A DNA stretch of 64,000 nt from a bacterium (GTDB taxonomy: Bacteria > Bacillota_I > Bacilli_A > Izemoplasmatales > UBA1188). The notes below the pieces were generated by a model. The model was not told the origin of the DNA and did no database searches. It was given only the letters and a program-made list of their open reading frames with translations. A program made the translations under genes and the position numbers. The stretch covers positions 8,679 through 72,678 of the forward strand of contig JAFXYB010000022.1 in NCBI GenBank assembly GCA_017541975.1, in the 5' to 3' direction. Positions 31,934 through 41,488 of this stretch are shown here, one piece after another. The stretch's first letter is position 1. Each line of letters starts with the position of its first letter.

Positions 31934-33457
31934 ATGAAATCAAAAATAAAGTTTTTTAAAATTATTATTTCTTTTTTCATGATTTTTATGCTCACAAGTT
32001 GTAAAGATAATAGCCTCTTTAATAAGAGAAAGGAAGAAGGATACAAAATCTCAGTAAGATATGAAGCTAACGGAGGATCATATCTCGATAGAGAAGGTGT
32101 AACTCTAATAGATATGTTTAATCCATCTGACTACGTGGCTGATCAAGATGGCACTATTCACATAAAACTTGTAGAACCAACTGATCCAAGAAGACCATCA
32201 GGAGGAAGAGAAGGTATCTATATCACAAGAACCAATTATTTCCTTGTTGGATGGTATAAAGAAAAAACCCTAAAGACAAATACTGATGGTAAACCAATTA
32301 ATGAAGATGGCGAACCACTAGTATTAAAAGACAATAAATATTATCTTGAAAGCGATAATGAAACTCAATCCGAAGCACTATATGAATATTCTGGATATTG
32401 GGATTTCGAAAACAATACTCTAGACTATAACCCTGAGTCAGGAGAAATGGAACTTACATTATATGCTGTATGGTCAAAGTATTTCGAATTCAATTATTAT
32501 TACCAAGATGGTGATGAATGGAAGTATTTAGGTAGTACCACATTTGACTATAAGACTACTAACCAAGAAGGTTCTACGACTTCTGATAAGGACACAATAT
32601 ATTTACCAAGATATGTAGATGGTGCGATGAACTATAATCACAGATACCAAAACAATTCCATCTATACATTCCCTAAAGTTGAAGGTTATACCTTCAAAGA
32701 AGCCTATACAGATATGAATCTAACAGAAAAAATAGAAGATTCATTCGAACATACAGGTTCTATAGACTATGAAACAGGTAAGGCAATTAACCCAGTTCAA
32801 AACATCTATATAACTCTAGATAAAGGCGAGTATTACTACATTAAAAACGCAAGTGAACTCGTGGCTAATCCTAACTTAAATGGCATCTATATCATTGAAA
32901 ATGATTTAGATTTCACTGGTCTTGAATGGCCAACAGTATTTAGCCTTGGTGAATTCAAAGGCAAGATGTATTCGAAAGATTCAGGGAACTTTAAGTTATC
33001 AAATATTGAAATCTATCACTCAAATGATTCTGCAAAATATGGTGGAATCTTTGGAAGCATTAATGAAGATGCCTTAATCAAAAATTTAACATTTGAAAAT
33101 ATCACATTAGATCTTGCCTATGTAGGAAGAAGAAATAGAGATACTAACTTCGGTTTATTCTCTGGATATATAAACAATAAAAATTCCATCGATAACGTTA
33201 AATTATCTGGAGAAGTGAGAATTGGACCAATCACCCTTGGTGAAGACTATTCAATCAATTTAGTCGCAAATGGCGACAGTAGCGCCAACATAACCACATT
33301 ATCTACCATCCATCTTTCCATCTACGGAACCGATCAAGGCGATGTCTACAACTACACTATAAATCCTGATCAAGTAGAAATTGATGAATCAGGTTACGTT
33401 ACTCTTGTCTCTGTGACAGGACTCAAAAAACCAAATGAAAAATATGTAATTCAATAA
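31934..33457 (+). CDS. Lipoprotein with InlB-like N-terminal region and GLUG/beta-helix-like C-terminal region
   Basis: Likely start ATG 31934 (MKSKIKFF..MLTSC lipobox); the ORF-track start 31844 lies inside the terminator. YEANGG..YFLVGWY..LTLYAVW; YIIENDLDF..W..FKG..GGIFG..IKNLTFENI pattern. Confidence 0.78.
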   Translation: MKSKIKFFKIIISFFMIFMLTSCKDNSLFNKRKEEGYKISVRYEANGGSYLDREGVTLIDMFNPSDYVADQDGTIHIKLVEPTDPRRPSGGREGIYITRTNYFLVGWYKEKTLKTNTDGKPINEDGEPLVLKDNKYYLESDNETQSEALYEYSGYWDFENNTLDYNPESGEMELTLYAVWSKYFEFNYYYQDGDEWKYLGSTTFDYKTTNQEGSTTSDKDTIYLPRYVDGAMNYNHRYQNNSIYTFPKVEGYTFKEAYTDMNLTEKIEDSFEHTGSIDYETGKAINPVQNIYITLDKGEYYYIKNASELVANPNLNGIYIIENDLDFTGLEWPTVFSLGEFKGKMYSKDSGNFKLSNIEIYHSNDSAKYGGIFGSINEDALIKNLTFENITLDLAYVGRRNRDTNFGLFSGYINNKNSIDNVKLSGEVRIGPITLGEDYSINLVANGDSSANITTLSTIHLSIYGTDQGDVYNYTINPDQVEIDESGYVTLVSVTGLKKPNEKYVIQ

Positions 33458-33472
33458 ATGGAGGAATATAAG

Positions 33473-36064
33473 ATGACTAGAAAGATATTTACAAGAATCT
33501 TAATAATCTCAGCTTTACTATTTGTAAGCTTACTTATGGTAGGTTGCAAAAAGAAGAAAAATAAAGATAGTATCGTTCTTATGAGCGATGATGTAAGTGG
33601 TCTATTCAATCCATTCTATGCAACATCAGGTGCAGATATGGAAGTTACAGGAATGACACAAATCGGTATGCTTTCAACTGACAGCAATGGCCAAATAGCT
33701 TGCGGAGATGATCTTTCAACAGTAGTAAAAGCCTATAAACAAGAAACAGTAGGAGAAAATACCGTTTATACATTCGTTTTAAAGAACGGTCTAAAGTTCT
33801 CTGATGGCGTTCCTCTAACAATGAACGATGTAATATTCAATATGTATGAATATTTAGATCCAGTTTATACTGGTTCTTCAACAATGTATTCAATTAAGAT
33901 TAAAGGTCTTACTCAATATAGAACTCAAAAGAACTATTCAGATTCTTCATCATCTGCAGAAGATGCTATCTCAAACCAAGCATCAGTTCTCGCACAAAAT
34001 AGACTTGAAGAATTAATCTTAGTCTTTGAAGACAAAGGTTTAATTGAAGGAACTCAAAACAGTTACAGCTTAAATGAAACACAAATGAAGGCTGCAATAA
34101 ATGAATGGGATGTTACAGAAGGTTATAAATCAGCAGTTGCAACCGATGCTCAAAAGCTCACAATGACTGATAATGATTACCGTCAAAAACTACTCGAAGA
34201 CTATGAACTCGCCCTTTCAAAATTCAAAGAAGAATTAAAATCAGATTATTCAGCAGCTAAAGAATCATTTGACCTCACAACTGCACCATATAAAGATTGG
34301 TCAAATGAATTATCAAACGATATCTTCAAATTCTTTCTCTATGAAGGTTATATCATTCCAGTATACAAAGATGTAATGGGTAAGAAAGATAAAACCGTTA
34401 TCGAAAAATTTGAAAACACTGATATCGTAAGCAAATATGACACAGAAGACGCAGCAATAACTAGAGTTTATAACGATACAGTTAAAAACCAATTAAACTA
34501 TATCCTCTCTTACTGGGGAACTGCAGGTACACTCACAACTATCTATACTGCAGCAGCAAGAGATATCATCCTCCACAACAATATGTCATCTTCAGATGAA
34601 CTCACATATAAGAATATTGAAGGTATCGTATCGCTCGGCCATACCACTGACACTCAAAGTGTTACAGTCGGTGGTGTAACCTATAATGTAGCTCATAATC
34701 ATGCTGCAGATGGAACAGTAGTTGGAGACAACGTATACGACGTACTTCAAATCACTCTTGAAGGAACAGATCCAAAAGCTATCTATAACTTCAGTTTCTC
34801 TGTTGCCCCTGTTCACTACTATACTGCCGATAGCACTCATCCAAATGGAAGAGAAGTTGATATCGCTAACAACAAATTCGGTGTTGAATATGCATCAAGT
34901 GATTTCCAAAGTAAAGTTATTCAATCAAAAGAACACGTAGAAGTTCCACTAGGTGCAGGTTGTTACCAAGCTACAGATGAAAATGGTAGTGACCATCCAA
35001 CTGGTGATAACTTTGTTAGAAGCAATATCATCTACTATAAAGCAAACAAATATTTCATGTTTGATGTTAAAACTGAAAAATTACAACTCCAAATCGTATC
35101 AAGCGCAAACGCTATTGATAAACTCGTAAGTGGTGAAGTAGATTTCATCACTCCACAATTCACTAAAGCTAATTCAGAAAGATTAACTGGTCTTGCTAAA
35201 GACGGTATCGTAAAACTCGATTCATGGCAACTCGGTTATGGTTATATCGGTGTTAATGCTGGCAAAGTACCAGATGTAAACATTAGAAGAGCTATCATGT
35301 CTGCGATGGAAACATCACTTGCACTAAGTTACTACGAATCAGGTACAGTTAAGAATATCAGCTGGCCAATGAGTACAGTAAGCTGGGCTTATCCATTTGA
35401 AGATGATGGCATCACTTCAAAATATAATTCTCATGATTATACAAACTGGGAAGGCCTCGATAAAGCAAAAGAAAAAATCAGTCGTTATATGGCTGCCGCT
35501 AATGTAACTGCTGGTGATTCTAAATTAAAAATTAAATTCACTATCGCTGGTTCATCAATCACAGAACACCCAACATATTCAGTATTCAAACAAGCATCTG
35601 AAATTTTAAATGATATGGGTTGGAACGTTGAAGTTAAAGCCGATTCACAGGCGCTAACAAAACTTGCGACAGGTTCACTTGAAGTTTGGGCAGCTGCGTG
35701 GGGTTCAACAATTGACCCTGATATGTATCAGGTATATCATAAGAACTCTTCAGCAACTTCAGTATATGCTTGGGGCTATAGAGAAATCTTAAGTAACCAA
35801 ACACAATATCGTTATGAAAATCAAATAATCAATAAACTCTCAGAAGTAATTGATGATGCAAGATCAATTACTGATCAAGCAGCAAGAAAAGCTATGTACG
35901 AAGAGGCAATGGGTTATGTATTAGACCTCGCAGTAGAAATGCCTGTATATCAAAGAAAGACTTTATATGCCTACAACTCTAAGGCAATCACAGGTTTAAA
36001 TAGTAACGTAAATCCATACACATCACCTCTTGAAAAGATTTGGGAGATTGAACTCGTAAAATAA
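33473..36064 (+). CDS. oppA: ABC transporter substrate-binding lipoprotein, family 5 (OppA-like), unusually long
   Basis: RBS GGAGG before ATG 33473; lipobox MVGC; GLFNPFYA, YTFVLKNGLKFSDGVPLTMNDVIF, DVNIRRAI, AAWGSTIDPD, MPVYQRK. Confidence 0.9.
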   Translation: MTRKIFTRILIISALLFVSLLMVGCKKKKNKDSIVLMSDDVSGLFNPFYATSGADMEVTGMTQIGMLSTDSNGQIACGDDLSTVVKAYKQETVGENTVYTFVLKNGLKFSDGVPLTMNDVIFNMYEYLDPVYTGSSTMYSIKIKGLTQYRTQKNYSDSSSSAEDAISNQASVLAQNRLEELILVFEDKGLIEGTQNSYSLNETQMKAAINEWDVTEGYKSAVATDAQKLTMTDNDYRQKLLEDYELALSKFKEELKSDYSAAKESFDLTTAPYKDWSNELSNDIFKFFLYEGYIIPVYKDVMGKKDKTVIEKFENTDIVSKYDTEDAAITRVYNDTVKNQLNYILSYWGTAGTLTTIYTAAARDIILHNNMSSSDELTYKNIEGIVSLGHTTDTQSVTVGGVTYNVAHNHAADGTVVGDNVYDVLQITLEGTDPKAIYNFSFSVAPVHYYTADSTHPNGREVDIANNKFGVEYASSDFQSKVIQSKEHVEVPLGAGCYQATDENGSDHPTGDNFVRSNIIYYKANKYFMFDVKTEKLQLQIVSSANAIDKLVSGEVDFITPQFTKANSERLTGLAKDGIVKLDSWQLGYGYIGVNAGKVPDVNIRRAIMSAMETSLALSYYESGTVKNISWPMSTVSWAYPFEDDGITSKYNSHDYTNWEGLDKAKEKISRYMAAANVTAGDSKLKIKFTIAGSSITEHPTYSVFKQASEILNDMGWNVEVKADSQALTKLATGSLEVWAAAWGSTIDPDMYQVYHKNSSATSVYAWGYREILSNQTQYRYENQIINKLSEVIDDARSITDQAARKAMYEEAMGYVLDLAVEMPVYQRKTLYAYNSKAITGLNSNVNPYTSPLEKIWEIELVK

Positions 36065-36077
36065 TTAAGGAGCATTA

Positions 36078-37067
36078 ATGTTCAAATACATCATTAAAAG
36101 GATATTGATCTCAATACTCATCTTAGTTGGCGTATCGTTTGTACTATACGCCCTTTTGAGATGCATGCCAACCGATTTCGTTGAGCAGAAGATATTGAAT
36201 CTATATCAAGCTGGCGCCACAACTTCAGATGAATTTATCCAGCAGATGTACAAGACCTATGGTCTTGATGGCACGATAATTGAGGGATATTTTAAATGGC
36301 TAGGTAGTGCATTACACCTAGATTTTGGCAAATCATTCATCAACCAACGTCCAGTACTATCTGAAATCTTTGATAAAGATAGAATGGGTACATCATTCTT
36401 CGTTGCCGCCGTTGCGACTGTATTTGAATTCTTAATCGCAATCCCACTCGGCATAACTGCCGCAACTCATCAATATTCACTTCGAGATTATATTATCACA
36501 ATTCTAGTATTAGTTGGTATATCACTACCTTCATTCTTCTTTGGACAAGTATTAAAAGATATATTCGCCAATAAACTCGGTTGGTTCCCTGTATCCGGTA
36601 TGAAGACGGCAGGTATCACCTACGACAATGCCTGGGAGGCATTCACAGACTATGCAAGACATATGTTTATCCCAATTCTAACAGTCGTAATTCTATCTAT
36701 TGGTGCCAGAATGAGAATGACAAGAACCAATATGCTTGAGGTTCTTAATTCCGACTATATTAGAACCGCAAGAGCCAAAGGCTTAAGCGAAAATAGAGTA
36801 ATATATAAACATGCATTCAGAAATACGATGATCCCTCTAGTAACATCACTAGCAGGACTTATTCCATCGCTCTTTTCTGGTGCAATGATTACAGAAACAG
36901 TCTTCGACCTTGAAGGTATTGGTAAATATGCCCTCAATGCGATGACTCAAGGTGACATTCCTGTAATTATGACATACAATATGTTCTTAGCGGCTTTATC
37001 GGTCATGGGTATCCTCTTATCCGATTTAATGTACGCTGTAGTTGACCCTAGGGTCAAACTAGCATAA
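36078..37067 (+). CDS. oppB: Oligopeptide ABC transporter permease
   Basis: MFKYIIKRIL, LDFGKSF, EAA motif RTNMLEVLNSDYIRTARAKGL..KHAFRN, YAVVDPRV. Confidence 0.95.
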   Translation: MFKYIIKRILISILILVGVSFVLYALLRCMPTDFVEQKILNLYQAGATTSDEFIQQMYKTYGLDGTIIEGYFKWLGSALHLDFGKSFINQRPVLSEIFDKDRMGTSFFVAAVATVFEFLIAIPLGITAATHQYSLRDYIITILVLVGISLPSFFFGQVLKDIFANKLGWFPVSGMKTAGITYDNAWEAFTDYARHMFIPILTVVILSIGARMRMTRTNMLEVLNSDYIRTARAKGLSENRVIYKHAFRNTMIPLVTSLAGLIPSLFSGAMITETVFDLEGIGKYALNAMTQGDIPVIMTYNMFLAALSVMGILLSDLMYAVVDPRVKLA

Positions 37068-37077
37068 GGAGGTTTAT

Positions 37078-38139
37078 ATGGAAGACGATAAAAATCTCGT
37101 GAATGAAACCTCTTTAGAAGAAAAAGAAGTTCAAGTAGTTTCTGAAGTAGATAAGGATACTCCACTCGATAAGAACCTAAAACTTATGTCACCAGGTAGA
37201 ATGGTTATGAGGAGATTCTTCAGATCTAAACTATCAATTACTGGACTTGTCATGCTATTTAGCTTATTTGTATTCTGCTGGCTTGGTCCTGTTGTTTACC
37301 AAAGATGGGGAGAAACTGAATCTGATAGGACAGGAAGCATTGCCTATACCGAATATGAAGCAGAAATAGATGGTGAAAAATTCATTCAATTTGTTGAAAC
37401 TGATAATGGTATAAATTCACTAGCTGGACCATCATCTGAACATATCCTTGGTACCGATGAACAAGGTATGGATATCTTCACAAGACTCATGTATGGTGGT
37501 AGATTATCGCTTATGATAAGTTTCTTAGCGGTATTTTTGACATCAGCTTTAGGCATAATTATGGGTGGCATTGCCGGGTACTATGGTGGCATTGTCGATA
37601 ATATAATAATGAGAATATGCGATGTGCTTATGTGCCTTCCAACCTTACCACTTATGCTCATAATTGGTACAGTTTTAGATGCAAATGGTGTACCATCATC
37701 ATATTATATCTATCTGTTAATGGGATTATTATCATTATTCTCATGGACAGGTATGGCAAGACTTGTTAGAGGTCAGATCTTATTCCTTCGTGAACAGGAA
37801 TATATGGTTGCTGCTGAAGCTATGGGTTATTCAACATCAAGAAAGATCTTCAAGCATTTAATTCCAAATGTCTTACCACAAATCTTAGTTTCAATGACTT
37901 TATCACTCGGTAGTATGATTCTTTATGAATCTACATTATCATATCTAAATTTAGGTGTTAGAGTTCCATATGCTTCTTGGGGTACTATGGTTCAAATCAT
38001 TTCATCTAGACCTGACATTCTTCAAAATAATTTCAATGTATGGGGTCCATCTGGTATCTGCATCATCATTGCCGTTCTTGGCTTCAACTTTGTTGGTGAT
38101 GGCTTAAGAGATGCCTTAGATCCTAAACAACGTCGATAA
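37078..38139 (+). CDS. oppC: Oligopeptide ABC transporter permease
   Basis: HILGTDEQGMDIFTRLMYGGRLSL, REQEYMVAAEAMG..KHLIPN, FNFVGDGLRDALDPK. Confidence 0.95.
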   Translation: MEDDKNLVNETSLEEKEVQVVSEVDKDTPLDKNLKLMSPGRMVMRRFFRSKLSITGLVMLFSLFVFCWLGPVVYQRWGETESDRTGSIAYTEYEAEIDGEKFIQFVETDNGINSLAGPSSEHILGTDEQGMDIFTRLMYGGRLSLMISFLAVFLTSALGIIMGGIAGYYGGIVDNIIMRICDVLMCLPTLPLMLIIGTVLDANGVPSSYYIYLLMGLLSLFSWTGMARLVRGQILFLREQEYMVAAEAMGYSTSRKIFKHLIPNVLPQILVSMTLSLGSMILYESTLSYLNLGVRVPYASWGTMVQIISSRPDILQNNFNVWGPSGICIIIAVLGFNFVGDGLRDALDPKQRR

Positions 38140-38151
38140 GGTGGAATAGTT

Positions 38152-39441
38152 ATGAGTGAAAGACATTATTTAACCGGAAAAGAAATTCGACAAATAGCTA
38201 AAGACAACGCAAAAGAAATGCGTCTTTTGGAAAAGAATAAAAATAGAAAATGCAAAGAAGAAGAATTCTTATCGACAATGAATGATCCAAACAACATTCT
38301 TGAAGTTGAGGATCTCCATTCTTACTTTTATACTGACCAAGGTGTTGTTAAAGCCGTTAATGGTGTAAGTTTTTCTATTCCAATTAATTCTACCATCGGT
38401 GTAGTTGGAGAATCTGGTTGTGGTAAGAGTGTTACTGCAATGTCTATTATGAGACTCCTTCAGGGCCCATCTGGTCAAATTAAGAGTGGTTCTATTAGAT
38501 TTAGAGCTAATGACTTTAAGAGGGATACACTTGGTAATTATATTCCTATCTATGAATTAGATGATAGTGGCAATATCTTAAAAGAAACCATTACCGATAA
38601 GAAGGGTAATACTATCGTAGTAGATAAAGTTAAAAAAGACGAATCTGGACTTCCACTATATGAAAGAGAAGAAAAGGTCTATGATATCGCTAAGATGCCA
38701 ATAAAAGAAATGTATCGTGTTCGTGGTAGACAAATCGCAATGGTTTTCCAAGAGCCAATGACATCTCTTAATCCAGTATTTACTATCGGTAATCAATTAG
38801 ATGAAGCATCAATGCTTCATATTCCAAACATAACTAAAGAACTCGCTAAAAAGCGTTCTATTCATATGCTTGATATGGTTGGAATCGCATCACCTGAGAG
38901 AATCTACGATGCATTCCCACATGAACTCTCTGGTGGTATGCGCCAAAGAGTTATGATTGCGATGGCACTGGTTGCTGAACCAAGACTCATCATCGCCGAT
39001 GAACCAACCACAGCGCTCGACGTCACAATTCAAGCACAAATACTCGATCTATTTAATGATTTAAAGAAAAGAATTAATGGATCAATTTTACTAATTACCC
39101 ATGATTTAGGTGTAATTGCGGAAATGGCTGACTATGTAATTGTTATGTATGCAGGACGAGTAATCGAACAAGGTACAGCTACTGAAATATATAATAATCC
39201 ATGTCACCCATATACTATTGGCCTACAAAAATCTAAGCCAACAATGGATTCTACAAAGGACGAGCTTTATAACATCAAAGGAAACGTTCCAAACCCTATT
39301 GATATGCCTAATTATTGCTACTTCAAAGAAAGATGCGATAAATGTATAAATAAGTGTTCTGGAGATTATCCAAAGATGGTTAAAATAAGCGATACTCACT
39401 TTGTTGCGTGCCATTTATTTGAGGAAAAAGAAAATGAGTGA
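38152..39441 (+). CDS. oppD: Oligopeptide ABC transporter ATPase with N-terminal extension and internal insertion
   Basis: GESGCGKS, FQEPMTSLNP, LSGGMRQRVMIA, IADEPTTALDV, C-terminal Cys cluster CYFKERCDKC..VACH. Confidence 0.95.
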   Translation: MSERHYLTGKEIRQIAKDNAKEMRLLEKNKNRKCKEEEFLSTMNDPNNILEVEDLHSYFYTDQGVVKAVNGVSFSIPINSTIGVVGESGCGKSVTAMSIMRLLQGPSGQIKSGSIRFRANDFKRDTLGNYIPIYELDDSGNILKETITDKKGNTIVVDKVKKDESGLPLYEREEKVYDIAKMPIKEMYRVRGRQIAMVFQEPMTSLNPVFTIGNQLDEASMLHIPNITKELAKKRSIHMLDMVGIASPERIYDAFPHELSGGMRQRVMIAMALVAEPRLIIADEPTTALDVTIQAQILDLFNDLKKRINGSILLITHDLGVIAEMADYVIVMYAGRVIEQGTATEIYNNPCHPYTIGLQKSKPTMDSTKDELYNIKGNVPNPIDMPNYCYFKERCDKCINKCSGDYPKMVKISDTHFVACHLFEEKENE

Positions 39442-40552
39442 AGAAATAAATAAAAGTGTAAACGAAATCGATTTTTCCAATTTTGATGATGCACTACAAG
39501 AAGAAAAAGAAGAACAAATAAGAAATGCTAATTACGAGAAAGATAAAACTCTTCCTCCTGATCCTGATTGTCTACTTGAAGTAAGACACATCAAGAAGTA
39601 TTTCACTTTAAAAAAGACATTATTAGGTAAGCCTATTACCGAACTTAGAGCTGTTGATGATGTCTCTTTTAAGGTTTATCCTGGCGAAACTCTCGGTATT
39701 GTTGGTGAATCTGGTTGTGGTAAAACCACAATGGGTAGAACAATTCTTAAACTCTATGACCCTACAAGCGGGCAAATCTTCTTTGAAGGCAATGATATCG
39801 CAAATTATACTTCAAAAGAGATGAGGCCTCTTAGAACTAAGATGCAGATTATCTTCCAAGATCCATATTCATCACTTCCACCAAGACAAACTGTAGGTGA
39901 TATTTTAAGTGAACCAGTTAAAGTTCATAATATTGTTCCAAAAGAAAAAACTAAAGAATATGTATTAAATCTGATGGACCAATGTGGTCTTCGTGATTAC
40001 TACTATGAAAGATATCCTCATGAATTCTCAGGTGGCCAACGTCAAAGAATTTGTATCGCAAGAGCGCTTTCTGTAAACCCTAAATTTGTAGTATGTGATG
40101 AACCTGTATCTGCACTTGATGTTTCCATTCAAGCACAAATAATAAATCTTCTTAAGAAACTTCAAAAAGAAAGACAATTGACATATCTCTTTATTTCACA
40201 TGATTTATCAGTAGTAAAATACATCTCTGATAAAATATGCGTAATGTATCTTGGAAATATGGTAGAATATGGCAAGAATGAAGACATATTTAGAAATCCA
40301 CTTCACCCATATACTATCTCACTATTTTCAGCAGTACCTAACCCTGATCCAAATAAAAAATCAAAAAGAATCATTCTTAAAGGCGATATTCCAAGTCAAG
40401 TAAATCCACCAAAAGGCTGTAAATTCTCAACACGTTGTCCTAACTGTATGGAAATATGCAAGCACATTGCTCCAGAATATAAGGAAATTGAGAAAGACCA
40501 TATTGTTGCGTGCCATTTATTTGATGATGTAAATAAACAAGATGAAAAATAA
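39434..40552 (+). CDS. oppF: Oligopeptide ABC transporter ATPase
   Basis: Likely start ATG 39434 after GAGG; GESGCGKT, FSGGQRQRICIARAL, CDEPVSALDV, CKFSTRCPNC..VACH. Confidence 0.95.
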   Translation: MSEEINKSVNEIDFSNFDDALQEEKEEQIRNANYEKDKTLPPDPDCLLEVRHIKKYFTLKKTLLGKPITELRAVDDVSFKVYPGETLGIVGESGCGKTTMGRTILKLYDPTSGQIFFEGNDIANYTSKEMRPLRTKMQIIFQDPYSSLPPRQTVGDILSEPVKVHNIVPKEKTKEYVLNLMDQCGLRDYYYERYPHEFSGGQRQRICIARALSVNPKFVVCDEPVSALDVSIQAQIINLLKKLQKERQLTYLFISHDLSVVKYISDKICVMYLGNMVEYGKNEDIFRNPLHPYTISLFSAVPNPDPNKKSKRIILKGDIPSQVNPPKGCKFSTRCPNCMEICKHIAPEYKEIEKDHIVACHLFDDVNKQDEK

Positions 40553-40802
40553 AGAAAAAAAGAAAGATAAAGAAAAGGTTGTTTATTATGACGATGGAAG
40601 CACAATTGCCAATATGGATGGGGTAAAACAAAAAAGTATCATTCCAAAAACTGATAATAATAGACCTAAATCAACAGGAAGAGAAAAATTAAAAACTTTC
40701 TTTGAAGCATTTAAGATGATGCTTATTCCCACTGGTGTTGCATTACTAGTTTTATTAATTTTATATCTAATTTTTATGCTTATAGGAAATTACGCTAATT
40801 AG
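40542..40802 (+). CDS. Small hypothetical membrane protein
   Basis: Overlaps oppF end; basic N-terminus, YYDDGSTIANMDGV motif, C-terminal TM helix. Confidence 0.75.
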   Translation: MKNKEKKKDKEKVVYYDDGSTIANMDGVKQKSIIPKTDNNRPKSTGREKLKTFFEAFKMMLIPTGVALLVLLILYLIFMLIGNYAN

Positions 40803-40827
40803 ACAATATATAGAGGGGGATTGCAAT

Positions 40828-40998
40828 ATGACAGTTTTAGAACTAACATGCAGAGAAGCAAAATCTTTATATGGTATTCTTTTAGATCAAAAAAGAGACC
40901 TTGAAGATCTCATTAAACAAGAAACAAATGAAATGAATAAGAAAGAACTAGAAGAGGAACTTAATAGAGTTAACTCTATTATTCAAAAACTTAACTAG
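40828..40998 (+). CDS. Small coiled-coil protein (56 aa), below ORF-track cutoff
   Basis: RBS GAGGGGG, ATG 40828, MTVLELTCREAKSLYGILLDQKRDLEDLIKQETNEMNKKELEEELNRVNSIIQKLN, TAG at 40996-40998. Confidence 0.7.
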   Translation: MTVLELTCREAKSLYGILLDQKRDLEDLIKQETNEMNKKELEEELNRVNSIIQKLN

Positions 40999-41045
40999 TT
41001 TTATTTATTTTATCGTTTTACTTTAAGTATTTAGATGGGAGGACT

Positions 41046-41432
41046 ATGAACAATATGACAAAAAAATTATTATCTTTTATGTTCGCTTTAGTATTGGCAT
41101 TTGCTCTTGCTAGTTGCGGTCTATTTAAAAGTGTAACTAAATAAGAAGCCAAGGCAAATCTAGAGGCAGCTGGATATACTGTAACCGTAATTGAAGGAAG
41201 CGTATATGCAGAATCTGAAGATAATGAATTCATGTTAACTGCTGGAGAATTAGAAACATATATGTATGCAGTTAAGGGTGAAGATAAAATTAAGATGTTT
41301 TTCTTCTACACAGTTAATCAAGCTTCAATAAATTCTGAATTCATGAATAATTTTGATGGTCTTTTATCAGGTCAAGCTAACGAATTAGTTTATTTTGGCA
41401 CAAGACAAGCTATCAAAGATGCAGGACTTTAG
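41046..41432 (+). pseudogene. Small lipoprotein interrupted by in-frame TAA at 41142-41144
   Basis: RBS GGGAGG; MNNMTKKLLSFMFALVLAFALASC lipobox then GLFKSVTK*EAKANLEAAGYTV, continuing in frame into ORF 41232-41432. Confidence 0.8.
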
Positions 41433-41446
41433 GATAATCCTATCAT

Positions 41447-41488
41447 GAAAATACCTCAACATTTTTGTTGAGGTATTTTCTTATTTTT
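41447..41488 (+). terminator. Rho-independent terminator
   Basis: 15-bp perfect stem GAAAATACCTCAACA-tttt-TGTTGAGGTATTTTC then ttattttt. Confidence 0.85.

Noticed and set aside
33455-33475. In-frame TAA-ATG junction suggesting fusion of lipoprotein and OppA
   Set aside because: OppA has its own RBS, signal peptide and lipobox, so these are separate coupled genes.
23533-41144. Genome-wide TAA reassignment or alternative genetic code
   Set aside because: TAA is the normal stop of most genes here, and multi-kb ORFs contain no other internal stops.
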